From positions 591,890 through 655,889 of the forward strand of contig JBMNFW010000001.1 of NCBI GenBank assembly GCA_050949525.1: a stretch of 64,000 nucleotides of DNA. The letters are read 5' to 3'. Within the stretch, counting starts at the first letter, position 1; every line of letters starts with the position of its first letter. This document shows, piece by piece, positions 34,304-43,290 of this stretch. The DNA is from Patescibacteria group bacterium (GTDB lineage Bacteria > Patescibacteriota > Patescibacteriia > Patescibacteriales > UBA12465). A program made the translations under genes and the position numbers. The notes under the pieces are model-generated. The model was not told where the DNA came from. It did not search any database and was given only the letters and a program-made list of their open reading frames with translations.

Positions 34304-37006
34304 TTATAACTTCTTAGCCTTCTGAGTTTCTATCTCTCCTCTTTCATTAATGAAAACAATATCACGTCGATCCAATTGTTTACCAATAATTAAATTAGCA
34401 ATTTCATTTTCAATTTTATCTTGTAATAATCTTCTTAAAGGTCGAGCCCCAAATTTAGGATCATATCCCTCTTTAGCCAATTTTAATAAACCAGCATCAT
34501 CATAAAGAAGTTCAATTCCCTTAGTTTCCAAATTCTTCGCCATTTTATTAATCATCAATTTAGCAATTGATAAAATATTATCTAAAGTCAAAGGCTTAAA
34601 AACAATAATTCCATCAAAGCGATTTATTAACTCCGGTCGCATAACTTTGATTAAATGTTCGTCAATTAAAGTTTGTTTAATAATCTCATTGGCCATATTT
34701 TCTTTAACGGCTTCTTGAATAAACAAAGCTCCGGCATTAGAAGTAGAAATAATAATAGTATTAGTAAAATTAATGGTACGCCCCTGACCATCAGTTAATC
34801 GCCCATCATCTAATATCTGTAAAAATAGGTTTAAAATATCAGGATGAGATTTTTCAATTTCATCAAATAATATTAAAGAAAAAGGTTTTTTTCTAACAGC
34901 CTCGGTTAAGTATCCTAAAGTTCCATCGGTATCACCAATCATTTTTTTAACACTATCAGCCAATTGATATTCACTCATATCTAATCTAATCATATCATCT
35001 TCAGCCCCAAAATAAATCTCAGAGACTGACTTAGCTAACTCAGTTTTTCCCACTCCAGTTGGACCCAAAAAAAGAAAACTAGCAATCGGGCGACTACCTT
35101 CTCGTAATTGAGCTCGAGCTCGTCGCAAACTACCGGCCACAGCCTTAACTGCTTCTTCCTGACCAATCATTCTATTATGAATTTTCTCTTCTAAATTTAA
35201 AAGTTTTTCGCTTTCCGATTCACTAACCTTAGAAACTAATATTCCAGTTAAATCACTAACCACTTCAGCGACATCATGTTGGCTACAAATCTTTTTACTA
35301 GGATCATTAGCCACCATCTTAGAGTTCTTAACAGCAACCGCCCTAATAATTTCAATAGCTTTAGCGGGTAAAAATTTATCATTAATATATTTAACTGATA
35401 AATTAACTGCTGCTTCAATAGAGTTATAATCAAAATATATACCATATCGCCCTTCAATTCCGGCTATCTTACTCTCGATCATATAAACAGCATCATTAAA
35501 ATCAGGTTCCTTAACATTAATAACACTCATTACCTGGGCTAAAGCTTTACCTTCAATATAATTAGTATAATTTTCAGAATCGACCGAAGCTAAGCAATAT
35601 ATTCCACGACGACTTAAGGTTTCCGCTAAAACTTCTGATAATTCTAAACTTTCCTCAGCTCCAGCTGAAATACCCATAATATTTTCAATATTCTCAATAT
35701 AAAGAATAATATTTTTAGAGCGACGCATCTCATTAATTATTTGCAATATTCTATCCTGAGCCTGAGAAGGGGATGTTCCACTTAAAAGTCGAGAAACATC
35801 TAACTCCACCAACCTTTTATCCTTAAAAAAATGAGGTACCTCTTCCTTAACCATTAATTGAGCAATACCCTCAATAATAGTTCGTTTTCCACAACCATTT
35901 TGACCAACTAATAAAACTCCGCTAGAACCACCTTCCAATGACTCAAAAATTTGCCTAATTTCCTGATCTCGAGCTACACAAAATTCATAATAACCATATT
36001 TAGCCATGACAGTCATATCACGAGAAAAATAATCCACCGTAGGACTCGCTACTGAGGTATAAGCTCGATTCATACTACTGGCCGGCTTCAAACGAGCCAT
36101 CTTCTTAAAAATCTTATAATCCTGACGCATTTTTTCATTAATCCTAAACCATTTAACTGCATTAACAATTTTATCTTGCGAAACATTTAATTCATAAAGT
36201 ATTTCTTGTAAAATAGGGTTTTTTTGATAAGAAAAAAGAATGACATTTAAAACTCCAATACTAGACTGCTTATTAAAATAGGCGTCGGTAAAGGCCGCTA
36301 AAATGATCTCTTGAACATGATCAGAAAAAATTAAATTACTTGATTCTTCCTTATGCGCATCAGTTGAAGCTAGATAATTTTTTAATAAATCAACTAATTG
36401 TTTAATATTAACATTCAATCTAATAAAGAGGCTAGATATAGTTCGAGATCTTAATAGAGACCAAAATAAATGAATAGTACTAACCTCTTTTTGTTTTAAT
36501 TTTTGAGCTAATAAATAAGAATTTTCAATTATTGTTAAAAGCTCTTCACTTAAAGCTTCATTAACCTCAATGCTCGGTAATTTATTATAATCAAGATTAA
36601 AGTCTTTTTTTCTAGATTTAATAACCTTAATCTTCTTTAAAGAAGCCTGAGCTTCGCTACGACGATAAATAATAAAAGCTAAAAAGAAAAAAGAAATTAA
36701 AAACCATAAAACCAAAAAACTATCTGATTCATAAAAATTAATCCAAGTAATAAATCCTTGATCAAAATTAAGATAAATCCAGAATAAAAAAGCTAGTACC
36801 CCCGAAACGGCTAAAAGATAAGAAACTAAATCAATAATCTTATCAACCTTTTTCTTTAATCTTCTTAAAAATATTAAAGACCTCTTCGGTCTATTATTAA
36901 AATATAAAGTCCTACCTAAGAAAACCAAAGCTAGTCCTGCTTTATAGGTTCGAATAAAATCTTCCGATTCGGGAACAAAAGCTTCAATATTTTCTTTTTT
37001 ATTCAT
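34304..37006 (-). CDS. Membrane-anchored Clp/Hsp100-family AAA+ protein with a degenerate first nucleotide-binding domain
   Basis: N-terminal hydrophobic helices (LVSYLLAVSGVLAFLFWIYL; FLVLWFLISFFFLAFIIY). D1 reads VLLVGQNGCGKRTIIEGIAQ (Walker A Thr replaced by Arg) and IILYIENIEN (Walker B DE replaced by EN). D2 is canonical: [37 protein letters not shown]. The track start at 37015 is TTG; I prefer the ATG at 37006 (MNKKEN). Confidence 0.75.
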   Translation of the reverse strand: MNKKENIEAFVPESEDFIRTYKAGLALVFLGRTLYFNNRPKRSLIFLRRLKKKVDKIIDLVSYLLAVSGVLAFLFWIYLNFDQGFITWINFYESDSFLVLWFLISFFFLAFIIYRRSEAQASLKKIKVIKSRKKDFNLDYNKLPSIEVNEALSEELLTIIENSYLLAQKLKQKEVSTIHLFWSLLRSRTISSLFIRLNVNIKQLVDLLKNYLASTDAHKEESSNLIFSDHVQEIILAAFTDAYFNKQSSIGVLNVILFSYQKNPILQEILYELNVSQDKIVNAVKWFRINEKMRQDYKIFKKMARLKPASSMNRAYTSVASPTVDYFSRDMTVMAKYGYYEFCVARDQEIRQIFESLEGGSSGVLLVGQNGCGKRTIIEGIAQLMVKEEVPHFFKDKRLVELDVSRLLSGTSPSQAQDRILQIINEMRRSKNIILYIENIENIMGISAGAEESLELSEVLAETLSRRGIYCLASVDSENYTNYIEGKALAQVMSVINVKEPDFNDAVYMIESKIAGIEGRYGIYFDYNSIEAAVNLSVKYINDKFLPAKAIEIIRAVAVKNSKMVANDPSKKICSQHDVAEVVSDLTGILVSKVSESESEKLLNLEEKIHNRMIGQEEAVKAVAGSLRRARAQLREGSRPIASFLFLGPTGVGKTELAKSVSEIYFGAEDDMIRLDMSEYQLADSVKKMIGDTDGTLGYLTEAVRKKPFSLILFDEIEKSHPDILNLFLQILDDGRLTDGQGRTINFTNTIIISTSNAGALFIQEAVKENMANEIIKQTLIDEHLIKVMRPELINRFDGIIVFKPLTLDNILSIAKLMINKMAKNLETKGIELLYDDAGLLKLAKEGYDPKFGARPLRRLLQDKIENEIANLIIGKQLDRRDIVFINERGEIETQKAKKL

Positions 37007-37007
37007 A

Positions 37008-37373
37008 TTAATCAAAAATCTTAAAATATATTAAACGCAAAAGGATAATTGGCAATCCCAACCATAATAAAATAATAACCATAGATAAGGCTACAAAAAA
37101 CAAAAAAACTATAAATCTAAAAATAATTTGAAATAACCTAATAAAAAAACTAATGAGACGACTAGCAAAATCGCTCTGTCCATACATCGGTCTAAAAAGA
37201 TTTTTTAGCCAAACCCCAGCTCCAATTACTATCCATCTTTCTCTTAAAAAATTAGCTAAAAACTTTAAAAGACGAATAAAACCAGTGCTATACCACCATA
37301 AAGGAAAATAAACCAAATCCCAGATAACTTGGACTGATATTTTGCCTAAATAAAAGAAAAAATTGTTTTTCAT
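37008..37373 (-). CDS. Small three-helix membrane protein, adjacent to the Clp-like gene
   Basis: Hydrophobic segments (VQVIWDLVYFPLWWY; IIFRFIVFLFFVALSMVIILLWLGLPIILL). Its stop TAA (37008..37010) lies 1 nt from the downstream ATG. The track start at 37391 is TTG; I prefer the ATG at 37373. Confidence 0.55.
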   Translation of the reverse strand: MKNNFFFYLGKISVQVIWDLVYFPLWWYSTGFIRLLKFLANFLRERWIVIGAGVWLKNLFRPMYGQSDFASRLISFFIRLFQIIFRFIVFLFFVALSMVIILLWLGLPIILLRLIYFKIFD

Positions 37374-37399
37374 ATAATAAAATAATAGCAAATTTTACC

Positions 37400-37438
37400 C
37401 CCAAAAGCAAAAGCCCCCTCTTTAAAAGAAGGGGCTTT
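37400..37438 (-). terminator. Hairpin terminator after clpB
   Basis: The stem AAAGCCCC...GGGGCTTT (37410..37438) extends inward with one mismatch. On the minus strand it is followed by TGCTTTTGG. Confidence 0.45.
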
Positions 37439-37449
37439 AATAACCTTAA

Positions 37450-40095
37450 TTATTTAACCGAAACTAACACTTTATCCTTTAAATCTAAATCAATTAATAT
37501 CTTATCTCCATCCTTAACCTTGCCTTCAATAATATTTAAAGCTAATTCATCTAAAATCAGGCTTTGAATAACTCGTTTCAAAGGACGAGCCCCAAAACTA
37601 GGATCATAACCTTTATTAGACAACTCTTTTTTTAACTTAGAACTAATTTTAATCGAAATATTTTTATTTTTTAATCGAGCTTCCACTTTATCTAGCTCTA
37701 ATTTAACTATTTTTTCTAGAGAATCTTTAGATAAGCTCTTAAATAATATAATTTCATCAATTCGATTTAAGAACTCTATTTTAAAATGATTTCTTAAGAT
37801 ATCATCAATTTTAGATTTCATCTCCTCTTGTCGATAAGTATTCTGTTGCTCCTGATTTTCACTACCATTAAATCCAATGGAATACTGTTTAATAACTTCA
37901 TTACCTAAATTAGATGTCATAATAATAATGGTATTTTTAAAATTAACTTTTCGACCCTTAGAGTCAGTTAAAACACCATCATCTAATATTTGTAAAAGAA
38001 TATTAAAAGTTTCCGGATGAGCTTTTTCAATTTCATCAAACAAGATAACACTATAAGGACGACGACGAATTCGATCAGTTAATTGCCCACCATCATCATG
38101 ACCAATATAACCAGGAGGTGAACCAATTAACTTAGCTACGCTATGCTTTTCCATAAACTCACTCATATCTAAACGAACTAAAGCATTCTCATCATTAAAT
38201 ACTAAACGAGTAATAGCTTTAGCTAATTCAGTTTTTCCTACTCCACTAGGACCCACAAACAGAAAAGACCCAATCGGTTTTTTTTCTTCATTAATACCAG
38301 CCCGACTTCGACGTATAGCATTAGAAACAGCTACGACTGCTTCATCTTGACCGACAACAGCCTTTTTTAATTCTGACTCTAATCGAGATAATCTTTTTAA
38401 CTCACTTTCCAACATTTTATCAATCGGAATTCCAGTCCAACGAGCTACTACCTTAGCAATATCTTCCTCATCAACTTCTTCTTTTAAAATATGTTGTCCT
38501 TTTTTCTGAATTTTAAGTAAATCTTCTTGTTTTTTCTTAACATCTTTCTCTAATTGAGGGATAAGTGAATACCGAATCTCGGCTACTTTAGTTAAATCAT
38601 CCCCTCGACGCTCAATAATATCAGCCTCCATTCTTAATTCATCTATTTTCCTTTTTGATTCTCTAATTTTGGATATTATTTCTTTCTCATTATTCCAATG
38701 AATCTCTAATTGATTAGATTTCTCTTTTAATTCTTCTAATTCTTTATTTAATTTATCTCTCTTAGTATTACTATTATTCTTGTTTTTACTAACCATCCCA
38801 GCTTTAACTATTTCTAAACGTCTAATTTCTCGCTTCATATTATCTAACTCTTCCGGCATAGAATCTATTTCCATTCTTAAAGCTGAAGTAGCCTCATCAA
38901 TTAAATCAACTGCTTTATCAGGTAAAAAACGATCAGAAATATAGCGACTAGAAAGTTTGGCTGCCGCAATAATAGCTTCATCGGTAATTCGAACTCCATG
39001 ATGAACTTCATATTTTTCTTTAATTCCTCGTAGTATTGAAACTGTGTCTTCAATACTCGGTTCAGCTACATAAATAGGTTGAAAACGTCGCTCCAAGGCG
39101 GCATCTTTTTCAATATACTTTTGATATTCTTTAGTAGTAGTAGCTCCAATAGTTCTAACCTCACCTCGAGCTAAAGCTGGTTTTAACATATTAGAAGCAT
39201 CCATCGATCCTTCACTGGCTCCAGTTCCCACTAAAGTATGAAGTTCATCAATAAAAAGAATTATTCGTCCCTCTTGTGATTTAATTGTTTTTAAAACAGA
39301 TTTAAGGCGCTCCTCAAATTCACCTCGAAATTTAGCTCCAGCTACTAAAGATCCTAAATCTAAAGAAACCACCTCTTTATTCTTTAACATTTCAGGAACA
39401 TCACCACTAACAATTCTTTGTGCTAATCCTTCCACTATAGCTGTTTTTCCAGTACCAGCTTCACCAATTAATACTGGATTATTCTTGGTTCGTCGTAAAA
39501 GCACTTGCATAATACGTCTAATCTCAGTATCACGACCAATAACAGGATCTAATTTTTCTTGTCGAGCTAATTCAGTTAAATTAACAGTATATTTTTCTAA
39601 AGTTCTAAATTTACTTTCTGGCTCTGGATCAGTAATCCGTTGATTACCGCGTAATTCTTTTAAAATATCTAAAACAATTTGATATTCAATTTTAAAACTA
39701 GCTAAAACACTTTGGGCTGGAGTTTTAACCCCAATCAAAGCTAAAAAAATATGTTCCGTAGAAATAAATTCATCGGACATTCGATCAGCCTCCTTCTTAG
39801 ATCGATCAAAAATAGCTACCACCTCTCCAGTACCTTGAACAGATTGAACAGCCTCAAAATTAGTATTTTTCGTTTTTACCCGAGGCATCTTATTTATCTC
39901 ATTAACAACATAAGATTCAAGTATTTCTGGATCTATTTTAAGTTTTTCTAAAACTACTCTAACTAAACTCTCATTTTGCTGTAACAAAGCTAATAATAAA
40001 TGTAGACCCTCTATATATCGTTGTCCAAACTCAGAAGCAATTACTTGAGCATTAATAATAGCTTCCTGAGATCTACTAGTAAACTTATTAAACAT
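37450..40095 (-). CDS. clpB: Chaperone/disaggregase ClpB
   Basis: Clp N-domain repeats, D1 ([21 protein letters not shown]; [12 protein letters not shown]), a long coiled-coil middle domain and D2 ([16 protein letters not shown]; [11 protein letters not shown]). The track start at 40125 lies inside the CIRCE-like operator, so I use the ATG at 40095 ([13 protein letters not shown]). Confidence 0.9.
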   Translation of the reverse strand: MFNKFTSRSQEAIINAQVIASEFGQRYIEGLHLLLALLQQNESLVRVVLEKLKIDPEILESYVVNEINKMPRVKTKNTNFEAVQSVQGTGEVVAIFDRSKKEADRMSDEFISTEHIFLALIGVKTPAQSVLASFKIEYQIVLDILKELRGNQRITDPEPESKFRTLEKYTVNLTELARQEKLDPVIGRDTEIRRIMQVLLRRTKNNPVLIGEAGTGKTAIVEGLAQRIVSGDVPEMLKNKEVVSLDLGSLVAGAKFRGEFEERLKSVLKTIKSQEGRIILFIDELHTLVGTGASEGSMDASNMLKPALARGEVRTIGATTTKEYQKYIEKDAALERRFQPIYVAEPSIEDTVSILRGIKEKYEVHHGVRITDEAIIAAAKLSSRYISDRFLPDKAVDLIDEATSALRMEIDSMPEELDNMKREIRRLEIVKAGMVSKNKNNSNTKRDKLNKELEELKEKSNQLEIHWNNEKEIISKIRESKRKIDELRMEADIIERRGDDLTKVAEIRYSLIPQLEKDVKKKQEDLLKIQKKGQHILKEEVDEEDIAKVVARWTGIPIDKMLESELKRLSRLESELKKAVVGQDEAVVAVSNAIRRSRAGINEEKKPIGSFLFVGPSGVGKTELAKAITRLVFNDENALVRLDMSEFMEKHSVAKLIGSPPGYIGHDDGGQLTDRIRRRPYSVILFDEIEKAHPETFNILLQILDDGVLTDSKGRKVNFKNTIIIMTSNLGNEVIKQYSIGFNGSENQEQQNTYRQEEMKSKIDDILRNHFKIEFLNRIDEIILFKSLSKDSLEKIVKLELDKVEARLKNKNISIKISSKLKKELSNKGYDPSFGARPLKRVIQSLILDELALNIIEGKVKDGDKILIDLDLKDKVLVSVK

Positions 40096-40114
40096 AAAAA
40101 ATGGATTATATAAA

Positions 40115-40141
40115 TTAGCAGTCAATTACATAGACTGCTAA
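40115..40141 (-). promoter_or_regulatory. CIRCE-like inverted repeat (putative HrcA operator) in front of clpB
   Basis: TTAGCAGTC-N9-GACTGCTAA versus the CIRCE consensus TTAGCACTC-N9-GAGTGCTAA. The two differences are symmetric. It sits immediately downstream of the -10 box. Confidence 0.7.
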
Positions 40142-40142
40142 T

Positions 40143-40171
40143 AGTATAAACTAAAAGATAAATTAGGTCAA
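40143..40171 (-). promoter_or_regulatory. clpB promoter
   Basis: On the minus strand: TTGACC (plus-strand 40166..40171), 17-nt spacer, TATACT (40143..40148), directly abutting the CIRCE-like element. Confidence 0.55.
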
Positions 40172-40200
40172 GGGTAAAAACAGAAAAACAATTTATTTAA

Positions 40201-41104
40201 TCAACTAAAAAGCGTTTCAATACCAGCAGTATTCACCCAATAACTACGAGAATTCTTTTTTAAAAGTTTTTTTATTTCCCCTCTTTGAATACTCAACTTT
40301 CCCCCAGCTTCATCATCAGCTAATAATATATTAGAATAAACACCATCTAAAAATGATATATAAAAAATATTATCATTTTTTTCCTGCAAAGACAGAATTT
40401 CTATTAACTCTGATAATTGCTTATCTTGACCACCACCAGAAGTGTTAAGATGCTTAGCCTCTAATAAAAATATTTTATTCTCATCTTTAATAATTAGATC
40501 TAGTCTTTTATTCTGTTTTTGTATTTATTCTTACATTTAACTGTTGCTTAACCGCCCTTAAACTAAAAATATTAGAAAACTTAGCTACACATTTATTCTT
40601 CTTTTGAAAATCATCCCAATTTAAAACCCTTTCGAAACCCTTCTTTTGTAATATAAATAATAACTTTTCTTCTCCTCGACTCCCTTTTTTACGGCTAGAA
40701 TTAGAATCCAATATTGCCTGTATCCACTCTTCCGGAACATTTTCATTTAAAATTCTATTTTTAAAATATCTTTTACTAATATTTTTTAATAAATTTAAAT
40801 CTTTTTTTACAAAATCTAAAACATTATCACAAGCATTAATAAAACAAGAAAATTCTGAGCAAACAGAAAATTCATTTAAAATTGTGGCTAAGGATCTAAA
40901 ATATCGATCTACAACAACCCTCTTCTCTTTCTTTTCTAAAAGAGTTTTAATAGTTATTAAATGATTTTTAATTTCTCTGGTATTGTTTATATATTTTTGA
41001 ATATTAGGATTTCTTTTATCAAAAATATAAAAATCATCCAAAGCTGGCTCTGGATTCTCCTGAGATATCTTAAAACAAAGTAGATTGTTGGGAATAATTT
41101 TCAC
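40201..41104 (-). pseudogene. DpnII/MboI-family type II restriction endonuclease, frameshifted
   Basis: The 198-aa ORF (41104..40508) ends at a stop. A second frame, open from 40524 to 40201, continues with RLDLIIKDENKIFLLEAKHLNTSGGGQDK, a PD-(D/E)xK core that resembles R.DpnII ...RFDFVIKNEQVLYLIEVNFYSGSGSK as I recall it. Upstream, SRKKGSRGEEKLLFILQKKGF resembles the DpnII GRKNRTGDAMENIV region. The two pieces are offset by one frame near 40508..40524. Confidence 0.6.
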
Positions 41105-41751
41105 GATAAATATAGTTTAATAATTTATAAGCCATGTCAAAAGACATTCTTTTACGATTATTATCTCGGAAATTAGTTAAAAAGAAAGAAAAATACTGCT
41201 CCCTATTCTTATTTAACTCTTCATTAAATTTCTTCATTAACTCCTCTTGTTTTTTTATGGATATTTCTTTTTTAAAAATTATATGAGCCAGGTTTCTTGA
41301 AGTATTTTTACCTACTAACCCCTTAATATTATAATCTCTAATATCCTCTAATTGAATTTTTTTACCATTTTTGCTATCTATAGCCCGTAAAAATAAAATA
41401 TTATTCTCTATTTTTTTCTTTAAATCTTTAGAAATTTTAAATAACTTTCTATTATTCATACTCTGTAACGCCATCTCGATTTCATACTCACCTGAACCCA
41501 AATAATCTTCTGTTAATCTAAAAATACCTAAATCATTTCTTGACTCCTTTATTCGACTAATAAACTCCCCACCAAATTGCCAATTATATCGCTTTTCAAT
41601 TATAAAAGATATCTTTTTTTCTTGAGGAAAAATAGTAGCCTCAATTTTATTAAAATCTACATCTTTTTTCTTTTTTTTAAAATAAAAAGATATTACATTA
41701 TATGAAGTATCTTCAAAAACTCTCTCAGAAAAAATATTTAATTTAACAATT
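41070..41751 (-). pseudogene. Remnant resembling the C-terminal (post-catalytic / target-recognition) half of a TaqI-like gamma-class N6-adenine DNA methyltransferase; 5' end interrupted by an IS
   Basis: RVFEDTSYNVISFYFKKKK, NLAHIIF and FLTNFRDNNRKRMSFDMAYKLL loosely parallel the M.TaqI regions EVFPQKKVSAVVIRFQK, HLVVAHT and LYRDFVPHLTLRMLERL as I recall them. No FxGxG or NPPY motifs are present. The first 23 codons of track ORF 41070..41819 are IS-derived sequence. Confidence 0.3.
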
Positions 41752-41806
41752 GGAAGGTACCCCAAAAATTTGACACTTTCTCCATGCATTCCTACAATGT
41801 GAATAT

Positions 41807-42064
41807 ATGAAAAAAACATTTAAAATCTCTAAGGAGATAAAAGATCAAATTTTAGAAAGAGTTAAAGAAGGGTCATCTTCTGTCCCTAAAATAGCCGAAG
41901 AACATGGTATTAGTCCTAATACTATCTATAGCTGGTTAAGTCGAACTATTAAAGCTCAGCCTAGTTGGAGAGAATATTCTAGTTTACAGAAACAAAATAA
42001 GGAGTTATTAGCTCTAGTAGGAGAGCTAACTATTAAATTATCTCAAACCCAAAAAAAGATTTAG
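41807..42064 (+). CDS. IS3-family transposase OrfA (HTH)
   Basis: ILERVKEGSSSVPKIAEEHGISPNTIYSWL is an HTH, followed by a leucine-zipper-like LQKQNKELLALVGELTIKL. The ORF ends within CAAAAAAAG. Confidence 0.8.
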   Translation: MKKTFKISKEIKDQILERVKEGSSSVPKIAEEHGISPNTIYSWLSRTIKAQPSWREYSSLQKQNKELLALVGELTIKLSQTQKKI

Positions 42065-42066
42065 CT

Positions 42067-42871
42067 ATGAAAAGAGATAATAAGTCTCAGATAGCTAAAG
42101 ATCTAGGCATATCTCGTCAATTAATATATTATCCAGCATAAACAAGAAATAAAAGATTGGAATTTAAAGGTTAAAATAGAAGAAGTTTTACATGATTTTC
42201 CTAGTTACGGACATAAAAGATTGGCTGTTCATTTGAAAATTAATAAAAAAAGAATACTTCGAGTAATGAAATTATTTGGTATTAAGCCCTATCGTCGCAA
42301 AACTAAGAAATTTAAGTATGTTAAAGTAAATAGAGACATAGAATTTCCTAATCTATTATTAAATAATATACCCGAGTATCCCAATCATATCTGGGCTAGT
42401 GATTTTACCCATATTAAATATCAGGGAAAATTTATATATTTAGCTACTATTATTGATTTATATACTAGAAAAATAGTTGGATTTAGTATTTTAACTAATC
42501 ATAGTAATCAATTGATAATTAATGCTTTGTTTTCAGCTACCAACAACAATTCGATAGCCAAAATAATTCATTCTGATAGAGGCAGTGAATACACCTCTTA
42601 TGATTATTCAGGTATTTGTAAAAATTTAGGAATAAAACAATCTATGAGTAGGCCAGGATGTCCTTGGGAAAATGGCTATCAAGAATCATTCTACTGTCAG
42701 TTTAAATTAGATTTAGGTGATCCTGATAGATTTGGTAGTTTAGGAGAATTGATATATAATATTTATAGAACTATTTATAGGTATAATAATTTAAGAATAC
42801 ATTCAAAATTAAAAATGCCGCCTGTTATTTACAGCCGGCTTTATCAGGAATCTTGCAAGAATAGTGTCTAA
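42067..42871 (+). pseudogene. IS3-family transposase OrfB (DDE integrase core) with a 1-nt frameshift
   Basis: The -1 frame reads KRDNKSQIAKDLGISRQLIYYPA and stops at 42139..42141. The rve domain (HIWASDFTHI...IIDLYTRKIVG...IHSDRGSEYTS...ENGYQESF) continues in the +1 frame from 42125. This is consistent with an extra C near 42133..42134. Confidence 0.7.
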
Positions 42872-42960
42872 TGAAATGGGTACCTTCCATTACTACCAAA
42901 TTTGACAAAACAAAAGAAAGGTGTTAGAATAACCGAATTGTTCATTTAAAACTATATATA

Positions 42961-43257
42961 ATGAAAAATTTATGTACCATTAAAGGAAAGGGAAATAATA
43001 GATATTATTTCCTGAATAATCTAATACAATACCAAAATATTTGGTATTGTGAAATATTAGACTTAGAGCTCATGCCCATTAGGGACAATGTCCAAATGGT
43101 TGAGTTTGAGTCAATAAATTTTATTGACTATAATTGTAAAGAAAACAAAGAAAAAAAACAGTGGCTCATCAAATGCGCCACTGAAAATAAAAGGATTAGT
43201 CCTTCTTTTAGAGAAGAGCAAATCAAGAAAATAAAAAACTATCTTCAGATAGTTTAA
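42961..43257 (+). CDS. Hypothetical 98-aa protein next to the IS
   Basis: ORF only; no motif recognised. A weak bulged hairpin and T-run follow at about 43265..43292. Confidence 0.35.
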   Translation: MKNLCTIKGKGNNRYYFLNNLIQYQNIWYCEILDLELMPIRDNVQMVEFESINFIDYNCKENKEKKQWLIKCATENKRISPSFREEQIKKIKNYLQIV

Positions 43258-43290
43258 AATTATCGAGGGTCGTCCAATAACGACTCTTTT

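Larger units (their letters stand above)
41752..42889 (+). mobile_element. IS3-family insertion sequence (1138 bp), probably defective
   Basis: Perfect 12-bp terminal inverted repeat TGGAAGGTACCC (41752..41763) / GGGTACCTTCCA (42878..42889), extending imperfectly to about 26 bp. It has an orfA/orfB layout with an A7G slippery run at the end of orfA. Confidence 0.8.

Noticed and set aside
40096-40125. Ten extra N-terminal codons of clpB ([10 protein letters not shown])
   Set aside because: They overlap the CIRCE-like operator and fall downstream of the predicted promoter. The ClpB-like sequence starts at [10 protein letters not shown] (40095).
40201-40389. 62-aa ORF as an independent small gene
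   Set aside because: Its listed start is TTG, and the frame is open upstream to 40524. It encodes the PD-(D/E)xK core of the frameshifted DpnII-like endonuclease, so it is part of a pseudogene.
41752-41819. First 23 codons of the 249-aa minus-strand ORF
   Set aside because: These codons read out of the left inverted repeat of the IS3-family element. The apparent Met start is IS sequence, not the native gene start.
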